Source: Perkinsus olseni (Eukaryota). Taken from it: a DNA stretch of 64,000 nt. Numbering within the stretch: position 1 is the stretch's first letter; every line of letters begins with the position of its first letter. The stretch is from positions 1-64,000 of the forward strand of contig JABANN010000115.1 of NCBI GenBank assembly GCA_013115125.1, given 5' to 3'. Positions 39,213 through 51,339 of the stretch are shown here, piece after piece. The notes beneath the pieces were generated by a model. The model did no database searches and had not been told where the DNA came from. It saw nothing but the letters and a program-made list of their open reading frames with translations. The position numbers were made by a program, and so were the translations under genes.

Positions 39213-42200
39213 TCAATTCAGCAGGCACAGGTTCGATCCGCACAGCCTACGTTTTAGTGTATCGAGTATCTTTTCGGCCAGCCTGTCTTCCCCAGTGTGA
39301 ATAACAACCTCATCGTTCTCAGTATCGACGCTCGAGATGCTCTTATCTCCGCGCTTCAACGCTCTCAAGTTGAGCTTTAACTCCTTCAGCTGACCTTTCT
39401 CCGACTCAGAGGGGTTCAGCACCAACTGCTTGTACTGCTTGTGACCTGTATTGTGATCGACCACCTCAACGACCATATCCTTGGCAACGTCTCCAGTGGG
39501 GAGGGCGATGCTCGTCTGAAAGGAAGAAGGCTCAGAGGCGTATCTAAGCTCGACCCTAGGGACCGATAAACGCCACCGGACTCACATTGTTAAGCGGGGC
39601 CGGGTCTCCCCATACATGAGCTGCTTCCTCCACTTCCACCTCGCCCTCGCAGATAAGGGACACTCTGATATTATAGCCATTCTCCGTGGAGGCAGCAGGT
39701 GTTGCTGGGTCGCGGCACTGCTGTCGCACAGTGTAACGAGCTGCCAATCCCCGAGGAGGGAGAGTGAATCCCGTACACTCGTAGGTGACTAATTGCGGAC
39801 CGGTCCTTTGAAGGTAGGTAGTGTCGGGCAGCTCGACCTGATCACCGCCGCAATTCCGCTCATAGAGCGGCAGATCATTGACTTTTTCCGCTGCGAAGAT
39901 CGGATATTCTCGTCCGCCACTCCGTGGACAGAGTCGGAGACTAGCGCTACGTACGAAATTATTATTTCCACGTCCGAGGTCTCCAAACTCCGGGCAGGCG
40001 TTTATCTCAGAGCAAGATGCGATGCAAGATGCCTCAACGCCTACTGTTATAGAGCCCTTATGGATCTCCTTAACTTCAACGATACCAGCGCCCAGAACAG
40101 AGGCCTGGGAGCACCTCTCTTCTTCAGCCTGAAGACACGCCATTCGAATCGACAACCCTCAACTCGTGTAGCCTACGTGCGGTCCGGAATTGATTGCCTT
40201 GGATGGGGCTTTGGGAGTAGGGGCTGGCCATCCCCGATATACCATTTGGGAGTCGTCGTGAGGTTTCACGTCAATTTCGCGGCGCGGTGACGCAGCATCT
40301 TGCCCAGACTCCTCCCAGACTCCTCCCAGACTCTTGCCCTGAGTGTTATACGTGTACCGCGGGCCAGCCGTGATACCCTCCCTCACCTGCGCGACATCAG
40401 GCGGAGACGACGGCCTCGGATGGGACACCGGAGCGTCCCACTCGGCAGCTAGGAAGGCCGCGGCGTTATTCGAAGAGCATTGGATTTTAATATTCGCGTC
40501 ATCGCAGGTGACAGGCAGAGCTCCAGCGTCCGTAGGGTGAGAAGTGGCGGAGTGGCAGCGGAGGGCGGGGCTGCTCGGTTCCGCGAACTGAGGCCATCGG
40601 TGAAAGCCGAGATTATTAGCTTGAAGATCGTCACCTCAATTTCACGCTTGTCGTTGTTGAGCTCTCCGATCTCCTCGGTGCGATCACCGAAGTCAACGGT
40701 GGTGCACTCCGCTGTTATCCTGGCATCCTGAAAGACGTCGGCAAAGCGATGAGCGGGTAAGCACGGGGAGACAGATTTCCTTACCGAGTATGTGTTCCAC
40801 TTCCGGGCCACAGTATTAGCTGCTTCCTTGTTGAAGCATTTGAGGCTGACCCAAGTGTCGAACGCCCCCTCCGAGCCGGGCTTCCGGCAGAGGGCCGAAA
40901 CCTCAGGGTAGCGAGCGTCGGGCTCGTGTCGGGACTCGGCTCCGGCGCACTCGATCTTGTCGAAGGATTGGCCTTCGCCTTGCTCTCGAGGTATCTGAAG
41001 GCACATTAGAGTCGGGAGTGAGTGGTCGAGGAGAATCTCACCATGAAGCCACCATCCGAAATGGAGGAAATCTTGGAGTACGGATGGCCCTCGAATGAGA
41101 CAGCAGGGCAGTGGTCAACGAGTTCATCCTGTCAACATCGCGTTCCAGTTTTGTCAGTAGGAGGGTAGCTCACAAGGGGCATGTGTGGCTGCTTCTCAGC
41201 CGTGTCCTCCTCTCCACCATTTACATCAGCAGGTTCGTCCGACTCCTCCTCAACGGCTCCCTGATAAGCGTCGTCGGCCGGTGCCCCATCGCCGCTGGTG
41301 GATTCAACCTGAGTACGAAGTCTCAGTGGGGAGGACAAAAGAAGCAAAGCCTGATCGCCTCACGTCTCCTTCCTCCGATTCGCCGGCATCGGCATCCACC
41401 TGCGAACATTACAAGTCCGTTACTGTGATGACGTTACGATATGAATGGGTATCCATGCGAGCAGCGGAGGTGCAACCCACCTCAGCCGAAGAGTCCTCGT
41501 CAGTATTAGCCTCATCCGAGGGTTCCTCAGTATCGTCTATATCATCGTCCGAGAGGGCGTCGTGCTCTTCATTTGGAGCTCTGTCGTCGTCTTCGAGGTC
41601 GTCGCCAGCCGCATCATTTTCTTGCCCAGACGTGTCATCCTCTTCCTCACTGCTGATATCATCGGACGTATCATCGATTGCCTCTGCAGCCTGCAGGTCG
41701 TTGGTATCGGCAGTATCGCTGTACGGGGGTGTTTGTGCCTCCTCAGAGATGTCGGGCATCTCTGGGTTCACGGCTTCCTCGGCGACAACTGGCTCGGCAT
41801 CAGCCGTGAGGCCCTCAGAGCCCTCAGAGACTCCATCATAGCTCGTCGTATGTGGTGGTTCTTCGCCGGAGCTTTCGGCCTGCGAGAAGCAGAAGTGAAC
41901 GCGTGCTCTCAAGAGCAGCGTAAGGCACATTTGTCTCGTAAATGCGGCCTGCGAGGATCGAACTCGCGACCTTAGGATTATGAGACCTACGCGCTACCTA
42001 CTGCGCCAAAGCCGCTTGAAAAAGTAGGTCATTGTTTGTCGGACTCAAACCCCACAGTATGCATGACTTACCGAGCCGAGATCGACTACAGGTGTCTCGA
42101 ACTCTTGCTCTGGGATCTGATAAGCATACAACTACTCGAATTCAACAATCCCGATCAGCGACCTCTACCGAGTTCAGCTGAGCATCAGCGGCTTGAAGAC

Positions 42201-42924
42201 ATCGGCCTACCTGATCTCTTTCTACGTGATCGGAGTCGGGCTCATCACCAGCGGAGGCTATCATGGATTCCTCATCGGTCGGCAGGTCATCAGTGAATGA
42301 ATCATCGGTCTCATCACGGGCCATATCGTCGTACGACTCCTCCTGTGCGTCAGTGGATGTAATCTGAACATTCGAAACGGTTTCCCACGCTGGCTGCAGT
42401 CGAGCCAGTCGAGGTGAAGCAGAGAAGAGGGACAAGCTACCGAATGATCAGCAGAAGCTGAAGGGCTCTCGTCGATTGTCGGGAACTCTTCGTCCAATTG
42501 GTCAGGGCCGAGGCTCTCCGACTGACACGATACAAAAAACTCGAGGATGGTATCATCAAGGATACGGCGACATTTCGCTAATGATTTGATGAACGAGAAT
42601 CGGGACGGGGCTTACAGAGAGATCCGCCGCGTCGGAAAAAGTCGGCAAAGTCTCCCCAAAGCTTTGAGGAGCAGCTTCGATATCTTTCAGATCCATTTCC
42701 TCCCCGTCCTCTGCTCCCGCTGAACTCTGCGGTTCGCCGAAGTCAAGGTCCGGGATCTCTGGCATGTCAGGTATATCGGCACTGGCGGGGCCTAGCGAAT
42801 CGCCAGGCCGACTCGCAGCCTGAGGAGAGAGCTACAGGACTGTCGTCCCCGGCGAGCAGTAGCTCACCTGGCTGTTGGCCAAGGCTGCGATAAGAACGAA
42901 TAAGGGCGCGTGAGAGCGGAGCAT
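39213..42924 (-). CDS. Secreted protein: acidic low-complexity N-half plus two divergent Cys/WG-type domains (multi-exon)
   Basis: Signal peptide MLRSHAPLFVLIAALANS; D/E-rich exons at 41100-42800; domains ending CFNKEAANTVARKW and ICEGEVEVEEAAHVWG. Confidence 0.65.
41943..42015 (-). tRNA. tRNA-Met (CAU), probably elongator, inside an intron
   Basis: GCGGCTTTGGCGCAGTAGGTAGCGCGTAGGTCTCATAATCCTAAGGTCGCGAGTTCGATCCTCGCAGGCCGCA folds to a cloverleaf with CAT anticodon, GTTCGA T-loop and a G1:C72 pair. Confidence 0.95.
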
Positions 42925-43219
42925 ACGGTAACACCAAAATAACCACAACTGTATCATTTCAAGTTTCTTGAGGTAACAAGAACTCAATAGAAGGACTACT
43001 GGAGCACCTCGCATAACATCAACATGCAGCTATAGATGGTTAGAGTAAATTGATAGAAAAACCGTAAAAGGAATAAGATCAAAGCGCGCAAGAGGGCACA
43101 CCAAGTACATCGTGTCTCGACGGCCAAGCAGAGCGAAGAATTACCAGGCCTGACCAGTAGGTCCAGTCTTCTCGATAAAATCATCATTCCCGGTAGATCT
43201 CCGTCTGACCACAGAAAAA

Positions 43220-45649
43220 TTAGTAACTCTCACACATTAAGTGTCTTACGTTTCTTATGCGAGAGCTAAGCAGACGAAAGCCTTCCTGCGCCGCGTCATC
43301 AGTGGGGTAATAGATCACCACACTCCTCCCAGTAATGTCCCTGCCGACGATCGAGGCCCCGGCATGCTGAAGCAGCTCTACATGAATGGTATCCGCCAGG
43401 ATCTTCACCTGACAGCGCGAGAGAGCTTGCAACCCCGAGCGTCCCCGCTAGTACTCCCAGTGGAAAGTTCAAGCGGCAGTAGGCATCAGGCGACCCCCGG
43501 CTAACGTCGAGGGAGGAGAGAGTTGCTGTGGCAGCTCACCTCAGTGGATTGACGTCGTTCGTCCATCGAGGGACTTGTGTAGACGAACTTCGGCGCCCCG
43601 TCGATCTGCCCGGGGAGCATTGGCGGAAGGACAGGAGCTAAAAAGCAGCCATATCCCAATACGGTAGATGCTGAGCTCCCTTACCGTGCGGCGAGCCCCC
43701 GGATGACCAGCCGTGGGAGGAGAAGGCGAAGGCCGAGTGCTGCACGTGATGGGCGCCGCCGCTGCGCTCCAACTCTGCGTTGTGGGCAGCCTTCACGGGT
43801 CTTATACCACGCAAAGTTCGACCCGTTGGGATTGGAGTGGTAGGCTCCGAGTTCTGAATGCTTTCCTCTCGAGTTGTGCTTGCATCCTCATCATCATCTT
43901 CCTCGTCAGCGCTGGAAACACCGCCCTCACGGCCTTCGGGCTCATCACTATCATCCGCCTTCTCATCACTCCTCCCGTCCGATCCCTCGCCCCGACCAGA
44001 GCGAGAAGCGTTTGTGTCTCCATCATTTGGCGGCTCTGTGGACACCTGCGGTGGCGGAGTCTCCACAGCTGCATCACCATTCATCGTCTCCTGAAGGCAG
44101 CTTCCTTTAGACACGGATGAGTGTTCAGCTCACCCTAGGAAGATCATCATTAGCGTCTCCTGCCGGGAAGAAGTCGCTCGAAAAATCAGGGATATCAGGG
44201 AGGTCGGGTTGCCACTCGGCTGAGGAAAAACAGATTCATGCAGCAAGTCCATGGCGATACTACCTCCTGAATCAGCGGTACCAACCGGTCGATCTCTTGG
44301 CAAGGGCCAAGTCCCGCCCGCTCGAGCCTTGCTGGCGAACTCGGGTTTCCCTGGGTCCGCCCTTTCATGGCCAGTCGGCAGCGGGTCGAACATCTCTCCA
44401 TCGTCATCGAAGTCCGGAATACTCACCTCGGTGTCACGGTGAGCGAGGTCGGAATCGCTGGTCTCGTAGAGACTCTCAGGTGATGGTGGGCTTCCATCGC
44501 CCAGAGAAGGGCTTTCTTCTGTTCTGTGCTCATCATCCACAGCCTCAGCCTCATCCTCGTCCTCGTCCTCACTCTCCCGTGTCATGTGATCGACACTCTC
44601 CAAGCCTTCATCACTCTCATTCTGATCATCGGTGACATCTCCCAGGAGTTCAGGAGTTCCCTCATCAGCGACCCCGTCTCTCTCCCTAGCAGGGAGCTCC
44701 CCGTCACTCTCCTCTACCGAGGGGAACTCTGCCTCATCAACATCCCCATCCATGCCCTCTGAGGTGTCCGTTTCGTCCTCACCGCTCCCTCCAGCCTCGT
44801 CCTCGTCCACCGCGGCCTCCCCAGGGACCTCCTCAGCATCGACATCATCCTCAGACCCATCACTCCTCTCTGTAGCAAGCTCCGTAGCATCGTTCTCTTT
44901 TTTGAGCTCCTCCGACTCGTCAACATCAACATCATCCTCGTCAGGAGAAAACGTGCCATCTTCGGCATTCTCTTCTTCCGAAGCCCCATCAGCAGCCCGA
45001 GGCTCGCCTTCATCTTCTGACTCAGGCTCCCGTCCTTCAACTTCCTCCTCGTTCGTACCGTCCTCCTCGGTGATAGCCTCGGATCGTTCTGCCTCCGTGT
45101 CTGTGCTCTCGTTTGTACTGCCTGCTTCGACCGTCTCATTATCCTCCGGAAAAGGTGAGGGCGATACGTCCATACTAGGTGCCTACAACCACAGAAAACG
45201 GCCCTCATCAGTCTAAGATGTACTTTGACGGGCGTACCAGGCCAGCTGGAAGGGCCTCAGCATCATCCTCGACTACTGAGCTTTCCCCGAGCATCTCTGT
45301 GGCGGCCTCATCCGTGCTTGCCAGCTCCGCGGCGACGTCCACTGAGTCCACTGAGTCCTTGTCGATAGTTTGCTCAGCTTCATCCTGAGGGTCGGACGGC
45401 TCGAGAACCTAACAGGGAAGACGGCTATGGTAGGTCGAGGTTACCCTCGGGACGGGTACATCAGGATCCCCATCGGACCCCTCCGGGGCTCCCCATGCTG
45501 CTGTAGAGAGCTTCCCATCAATCTGGTTCTGAGAGGAATCACCCGAATGACGTCCCACTGCCCGGTGGCAAAGCCAGCCTTACTGCGAGGTGGGGCTCCC
45601 TCGATGTTGTTAGCGGCAGAGCAACAACCAGGAGAAAATAGATCAACAT
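43220..45649 (-). CDS. Secreted, highly acidic low-complexity protein (multi-exon; 3' end approximate)
   Basis: Signal peptide MLIYFLLVVALPLTTS at 45649; long D/E-rich exons (ORFs 44130-45173 and 43638-44114). Confidence 0.6.
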
Positions 45650-45665
45650 GAGCCCTCCAAACAAA

Positions 45666-48600
45666 CTAAGGCAAACTGGTGAAGAGAGCCTTGGCACTGC
45701 GACCACTGGGAGCGGCGCCGCCGCCGGCGGCAACCTTATTGGTGAACTCAAGAGAATGAAGCAAGGACATCCATGAAGGCTTGACAACATCTAACATCAT
45801 GATAAGTACAAAGACACCAACACAACGAAGAGAGCAGCTCTCTTCACCAGACGGCAGTGTACGGCTCCCCAGGGGGTAGAGGAGGGTCGGGTCACTTCCT
45901 TCTAGTAACCTTGGTAGCCCTCCAGCCTGAACAGCAGCAGCAGTCCCCACGATGGCTGCCTGCCGCAGGGAGGCCGGTCCTACCCCGACGGGATTGCTGG
46001 TCGGCGGTCTGCCGTTGCCCTACTGGACTCCTTGCCTTGGACAGACTCCTTACACCGAGAGCCTGTGCGAATCGAGTGATATCAGTGGTGACCTGAAGGG
46101 AACGCGAAGTCTTATCCGGCAAGGGCGATCGGACCCCACCTCCTGGACGCGGCCCGAGAACTGCCGCATGAGCAGCTCTGCCATGCCGGGCTCCTCGAAA
46201 ATTATGTTCACCTTCTTGCCATCTAGAGTCTCGCCCCAGATGTTCTTCTCGCCGGACCTGCACAGAGGAAAGCTAAGAGTTCAGCAAGGTGGTCTGACCG
46301 AGGATCCCTACCGTAGGCTGTCGTAAAGGATGTGCATCTCATGCCAGTTAGCGCGCTCCTTCGGAGTAGGGTCAACCGCCCCTACGCGGCTCACCACCTC
46401 CGACCCAAGCCGCGTTACCCGGACATTGAGGTGATGCGGTAACACAGCCGAGGGACCTAAGAGCAGCGTTGGTGACCACGAGGGGCGGGCGTAGTTTCTG
46501 ACCTTCAGCTGGAGCATTGGCGAGTGGCAGAACCTAAGACGGGGACCAAGTACAAGCGCGCCGAAGCGTTGAGAGCTCACTGGTTTGGGCGTGTATCCTC
46601 CCCAGATCACAGAGAGCATCTGGGCATCCCGGAAGGTGTTGCAGATGATGTTGCCCTTGATAACATCGGGTGAATCTGGGGAAATGTGGTACGACGAAAC
46701 GCTAGAGATTAGCAGAACTCACTAAAGCCCTCATGGCAGCCAACACGGACCCTCCACTTGCCGTCTCCCCCTCTACTCGATACAGGACTCGAGCTCACCG
46801 CGTCGCAGGTCAAGCGGCGCAGAAGGCTTGCCTGGTCCTGGGCGGCGCGTATCTGTTGACAGTGTTTGTGCCTGGATCAACCTCGTCACAGTCCTACTGT
46901 GAGCATCCTCCCAGCGGTCTTGAGGTCGAGGAGGTCATCGGCGATGCCGGGAGTAGCTTCCCGTTGGAGCTGAGCACAGCTTCCGAACGGCACCTGCATA
47001 CCATCGTACTAACCGAGCGCTCGGGTGGGATGTCCTACCAGAGGCTCGCCGGGTGGAGGGGTCATCACTTGAGGAGCGCTGCCGCTGCTGCTGGAGGACT
47101 GAGACCGAGAGGGCTGAGAGGTGACCACACCTTCTGAGAACTCACCGAAGATCCCCAGCCGAAGTGAGCGAAATTGAACCAGCCTCCGCTGGTGCTGCTC
47201 GACACAGGAGCTGGCGTGGTAGCCGGCGGGGCGGTAGTGGTCGTGGTCGTTGGCGCGGTCGTAGCCTCCTGAAAGCGACAGGATGGTCGAAAAGTGCTGG
47301 CCCCAACGCGGGCCTTACTGATGATGAAGAGGCCCCCCAACTGAAGTGGAAGAGCCCAGCCTGGTGGGTGTACTGCCTGCCTTGGGCCGGGGGTGGGGCG
47401 GATGTGGTGGGCGGCATCGGCGGCATCTTAGCCTACACCAAACACATCACCAAGTGGGCCCTGGCGGCACGATCCTACTGGTCTGTATCCGCCCCAGAGG
47501 ATCGACAGGAACTCTGCGTCCCAGTAGGTACCGCAGACGATACGGTAGGTCACGCCAACGTCCCAACCTGACAGCATTGTGAGCAACACTCGACCGAATC
47601 GGTAACCAGCCTTCCCACCTTGGGCGTCGTGGCACTTGGTCCGGATCTGCCACTTGCCGCTCCCCTCCCACTCAGTCGGCTGCCCCTGTACTCCGTCACA
47701 GGACAATGAAACGGCATCCGGGAAGCCGAAAGGGGTGAGCTGAGCGAGCGATGAAGGAATGCCTCGGAATCTTTCCTGTAGCGTTACCTTCATTATCCGG
47801 CCGGGGTCCATCGCCAAGTCCATGATCTCATCCAACTCAGCAGCCACTGCGAACTCCGGCTGAGCTGCTGTACAGCTGGGGTACCGAGTCTAAGCGAGAG
47901 CACACTTGATCGGTCGCCAGAGGAGATGGAAAGCAGCTCACATGCGGACGAGGAGGCGGAGGAGCGGTGCCCGTCGGCAGTGGCTTCGGCGGCGCCAACT
48001 TTTCGCTGGCTGAAGCCTGGGTTGAGCCAGAAGTCTGAATTTGAGATGCATGTCACGGCTCCGGAGTTACCGCACTTACCATCCACCCGAACTGCGGGAA
48101 CCCGCTCCACCAGCCAGCACTCTGTGTGGGGGCCTGTGTGGTTGTGGTTGTCGTCGTCGTAGTGGTGGTGGTGGTTGAACTGGTCGTAGGTGGTAGTTCC
48201 TGAGGCAAACCCAGTCAGTAGAACGCAGTATGAGTACCAATATCGACCGAGGCCGCCACGCCGACTGGAGCGTGCTGCAACGGGCCCTCTCTCTGTGGGC
48301 GAAGCGACCCACCACTGGAGACTTACCGGCTGATAACCTCCCCAGAGTATTGCAAACATCTCCGCCTCCCAATAGGATCCGCAGATCACGTTGCCGTCAC
48401 CAGAACTCTCGGGATCTGAACCAGACAAGAAATCACCAGGGCGGCCGCCATCATCAGCCCGTCCTCACGGTCATAGTCTTCGCAGTTCACCGGGACATAC
48501 CACTGCCCCTGCCACGCCGTGGGGTTCAGCTTCACTCTGTCGCAGAACAGCGAGTGCGCCCTGCGCAGCCCAGCCGGTAGAACCTGGAGCACGGATGAAG

Positions 48601-51270
48601 GCCGCGATGCGTAGCACCTCCCATACCTTGAGCTCTCGACCTGACGCCAGAGCATCGACCAGAGTATCGTAGGATGGTGCCATCGAGAACATTCCGCCAG
48701 ACTGCATCCTCGTACAGCTGCCGAAACGACCCTGAGAAGCGAGGCGATTCCCCGAGGTTTCCAGTCAAAGCGCCCTCGCCTTGGTCGTAGTAGTCCTCGT
48801 AGTTGTGGTAGTGGTGGGCGTGGTAGTACTAGTCGTAGGTCGAGGAGCCTGTGAAGAGGAAATAATCACGACAAGGGGATGGTGTCAATTTACCACCGCC
48901 TGGGAGTGAGCTCCGAATCCTGAGTAGTAGTAATACCAAGACCGTTGGTGGGCCCTCGCAGCAGTTGTCGATTTTGTGGTCGTTGTAGTGGTAGTGGTGG
49001 TCGAAGTGATCGTTGTCGGCTAACACCATCAAGTGAACTCACCGCCAAGCCTAGGGGACCTACGGGTCTGTATCCGCCCCAGTGTATGGCAAGGAGCTGG
49101 GCATCATAGTAAGCCGCACAGTAGATCCTCCCCTGGCTGACGAAGCCTTGCCCTAACAAAGCACACCTTGAAACCACCAAAAGAACCGCAGAAATGCCAC
49201 TCACCTTCAGAGTCACCGCACTTCACCGGAACAGACCACTGCTCCCCTCCCCCTCCTCCTCCGCCAACAGCATAGTCCTTCCTCGGCAGCTCCATGACTT
49301 GCTCACAGGTGAGGGACAGGATACCCTCCGCGTAGAAGGGCCGCACCTGCGCCGGCGGCTCCCCCACAAGCATGGTCTCTTTGAGCCCACCTGGAGCCGC
49401 CGCCCATAAGGCAGGATATCGAGGACCTCATCCACTTGCCCGCCGTCGGACCAGTCAGGCCGCATGGTCTCGCAAGTAGGGTACCAAGTCTGAAGACGGC
49501 GCTGCGTGAGCCACAAGCGCGGCGCAACTCACTCTGGGCTTCCTAGTAGTAGTCGTGGTAGTGGTGGTCGTTGTAGTGCTAGTGGTAGTAGGGCGGGGCT
49601 GAGAAACAGCAAGTCCTTAGATGACGTGTCATGGGGCTCACCGTGGGAGGGTGGTTCCAAGTGTAACTTCCAGCAGCATGTACCATCCACCAGGCCGACT
49701 GCTGCCTGTGAACCCTCGGGGCCTGGGTTGTGGTGGTTGTAGTGGTAGGAGGAGGCTCTGTGGGTGGGGCGCTCTGAAGCGGCAACAATCTCGTGAGACC
49801 GAACCCATAGAGTAAAATCGCGGACGGAGAAGCGGTGACCGCTAGGCTATTCTCAGTAGCAATTTTTTTCGATAGAAAAGCAGCCGACGACGGTACTAGG
49901 GTCGGTTGTCAACCCCTCCAGGCACCACTCGACAGCCCCGATACGAGCGCGTTAATCCCATCACAAAAAACCTTTGAACTTGTAATGGCCCCTGCTGTCG
50001 TGACGCGTACCAAACTCCACCAAACTCACCGCCTCATAGCCTCCCCACATAACCGCCAGGAGCTGAGCATCCCAATAGGAGCCACAAACTATCCCCTCCT
50101 CCTCAACATGAGCATACACCCTCGAGGATGCAGCCATGTAGCAGCTTGCAGAGACGCGGTAACGGCCATCTCCCTCCTTGGCAGGAGGGGCTCGGACTGG
50201 GTCGCAGGCCATGGTCCGAGCCTGACCTCCCTTCTCTCCCCAGGGCGACACCTGCAGGCACAAGTCCGCCGTCGAGAACTGGGCCGAGAGTTTCACTCAC
50301 GGATAGGCCGCGGTTGTCGAAGAGGAAGTTGGCGATGTGCTGAGGCATGTGGTTCGGGCCGGACAGGGGAATCATCTCCTGGCAGCTTCCAAGGAACGAC
50401 TGACGAGAGCAACGATCGCCGAAGCGCTGCATATCACTTCGCACCCTCTGAGTGGTGGTAGTGGTCGTCGGGGTGGTGGTCGTGGTAGTAGTCGTCGTAG
50501 TGGTCGTGACGACCTGAGGCAGGTATCTTACAGAAGGCTGCGCGGCAAGGGTAACCTACTGTTGTGAACCCTGACCAGGCGAAGTGCTTGAACTGGTACC
50601 ACCACGAGCGCGTCGTCGGGGCCGGCGTTGTGGTAGTGGTTGTTGGCGTGGTCGTTGTAGTCGTGGAGGCCCTTACCTCCTCCTTATGGTACATCACAAC
50701 ATGCTGGAACCATCCCGAGGAGTGCGAGGACCTCGCCCCGCTGGGAACTGGGCCGGCCCCCACCCCGCCCTGAGGGACCGATAGAGGAGGAGAAACCAGT
50801 AACACAGGCTTACTTGGAAGCCGCCCCAGGCCCTCGCCAAGACCTCAGCATCACCGCGATTGCCGCATACCACAACTCCCCCACCCGATCGGCCGTGACC
50901 TAGCAGAATTCCATACCGCAAATCTCCCAAATCTCCTTCAGACCCACCATCATAATCCCGACAGTCCACACGGACCAGCCAGGTAGCTCCCTTGCCCTCC
51001 GGAGGCACCTCTACTGGCTGGCACCTCAACTGCAGTGGATGTATCATCTGTGGTGGGAGGACCTGCTTCAGGAAACTCAGTCCCACACAATACTAAGCCT
51101 CGGTTCTACTGTGAGTTCCCGCTTTCGATCGTCGAAGTCGATGATATCATCTGCCTGTCCCTTCGAAAAGTCCGCTATGAGTTTGTTGCAGGACTGAAGA
51201 AGGACTACAGGTGGGAGCCCACCAACACTCACTAAGAGCAATGAGAGAGCAACTTGCTGCTGTCCCTTAG
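45666..51270 (-). CDS. Large multi-exon protein with six Cys/WGG domains separated by Thr-rich mucin-like linkers (ends approximate)
   Basis: Six repeats ending C(G/A/N)x(Y/F/R)x(D/E)Axx(L/F)xxxWGG(Y/F) at about 46600, 47490, 48335, 49075, 50040 and 50820, with poly-Thr tracts between them. Confidence 0.7.
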
Positions 51271-51339
51271 CGAGTTTCGATCAGCATATTGAAATATACA
51301 ACGACGCCATTTACGGGTGAACCGCCCACGCTCTCCTCT

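Noticed and set aside
41185-45216. Long Ser-rich plus-strand ORFs (41185-41841, 44632-45216; also 53637-54143)
   Set aside because: Antisense shadows of the D/E-rich minus-strand exons.
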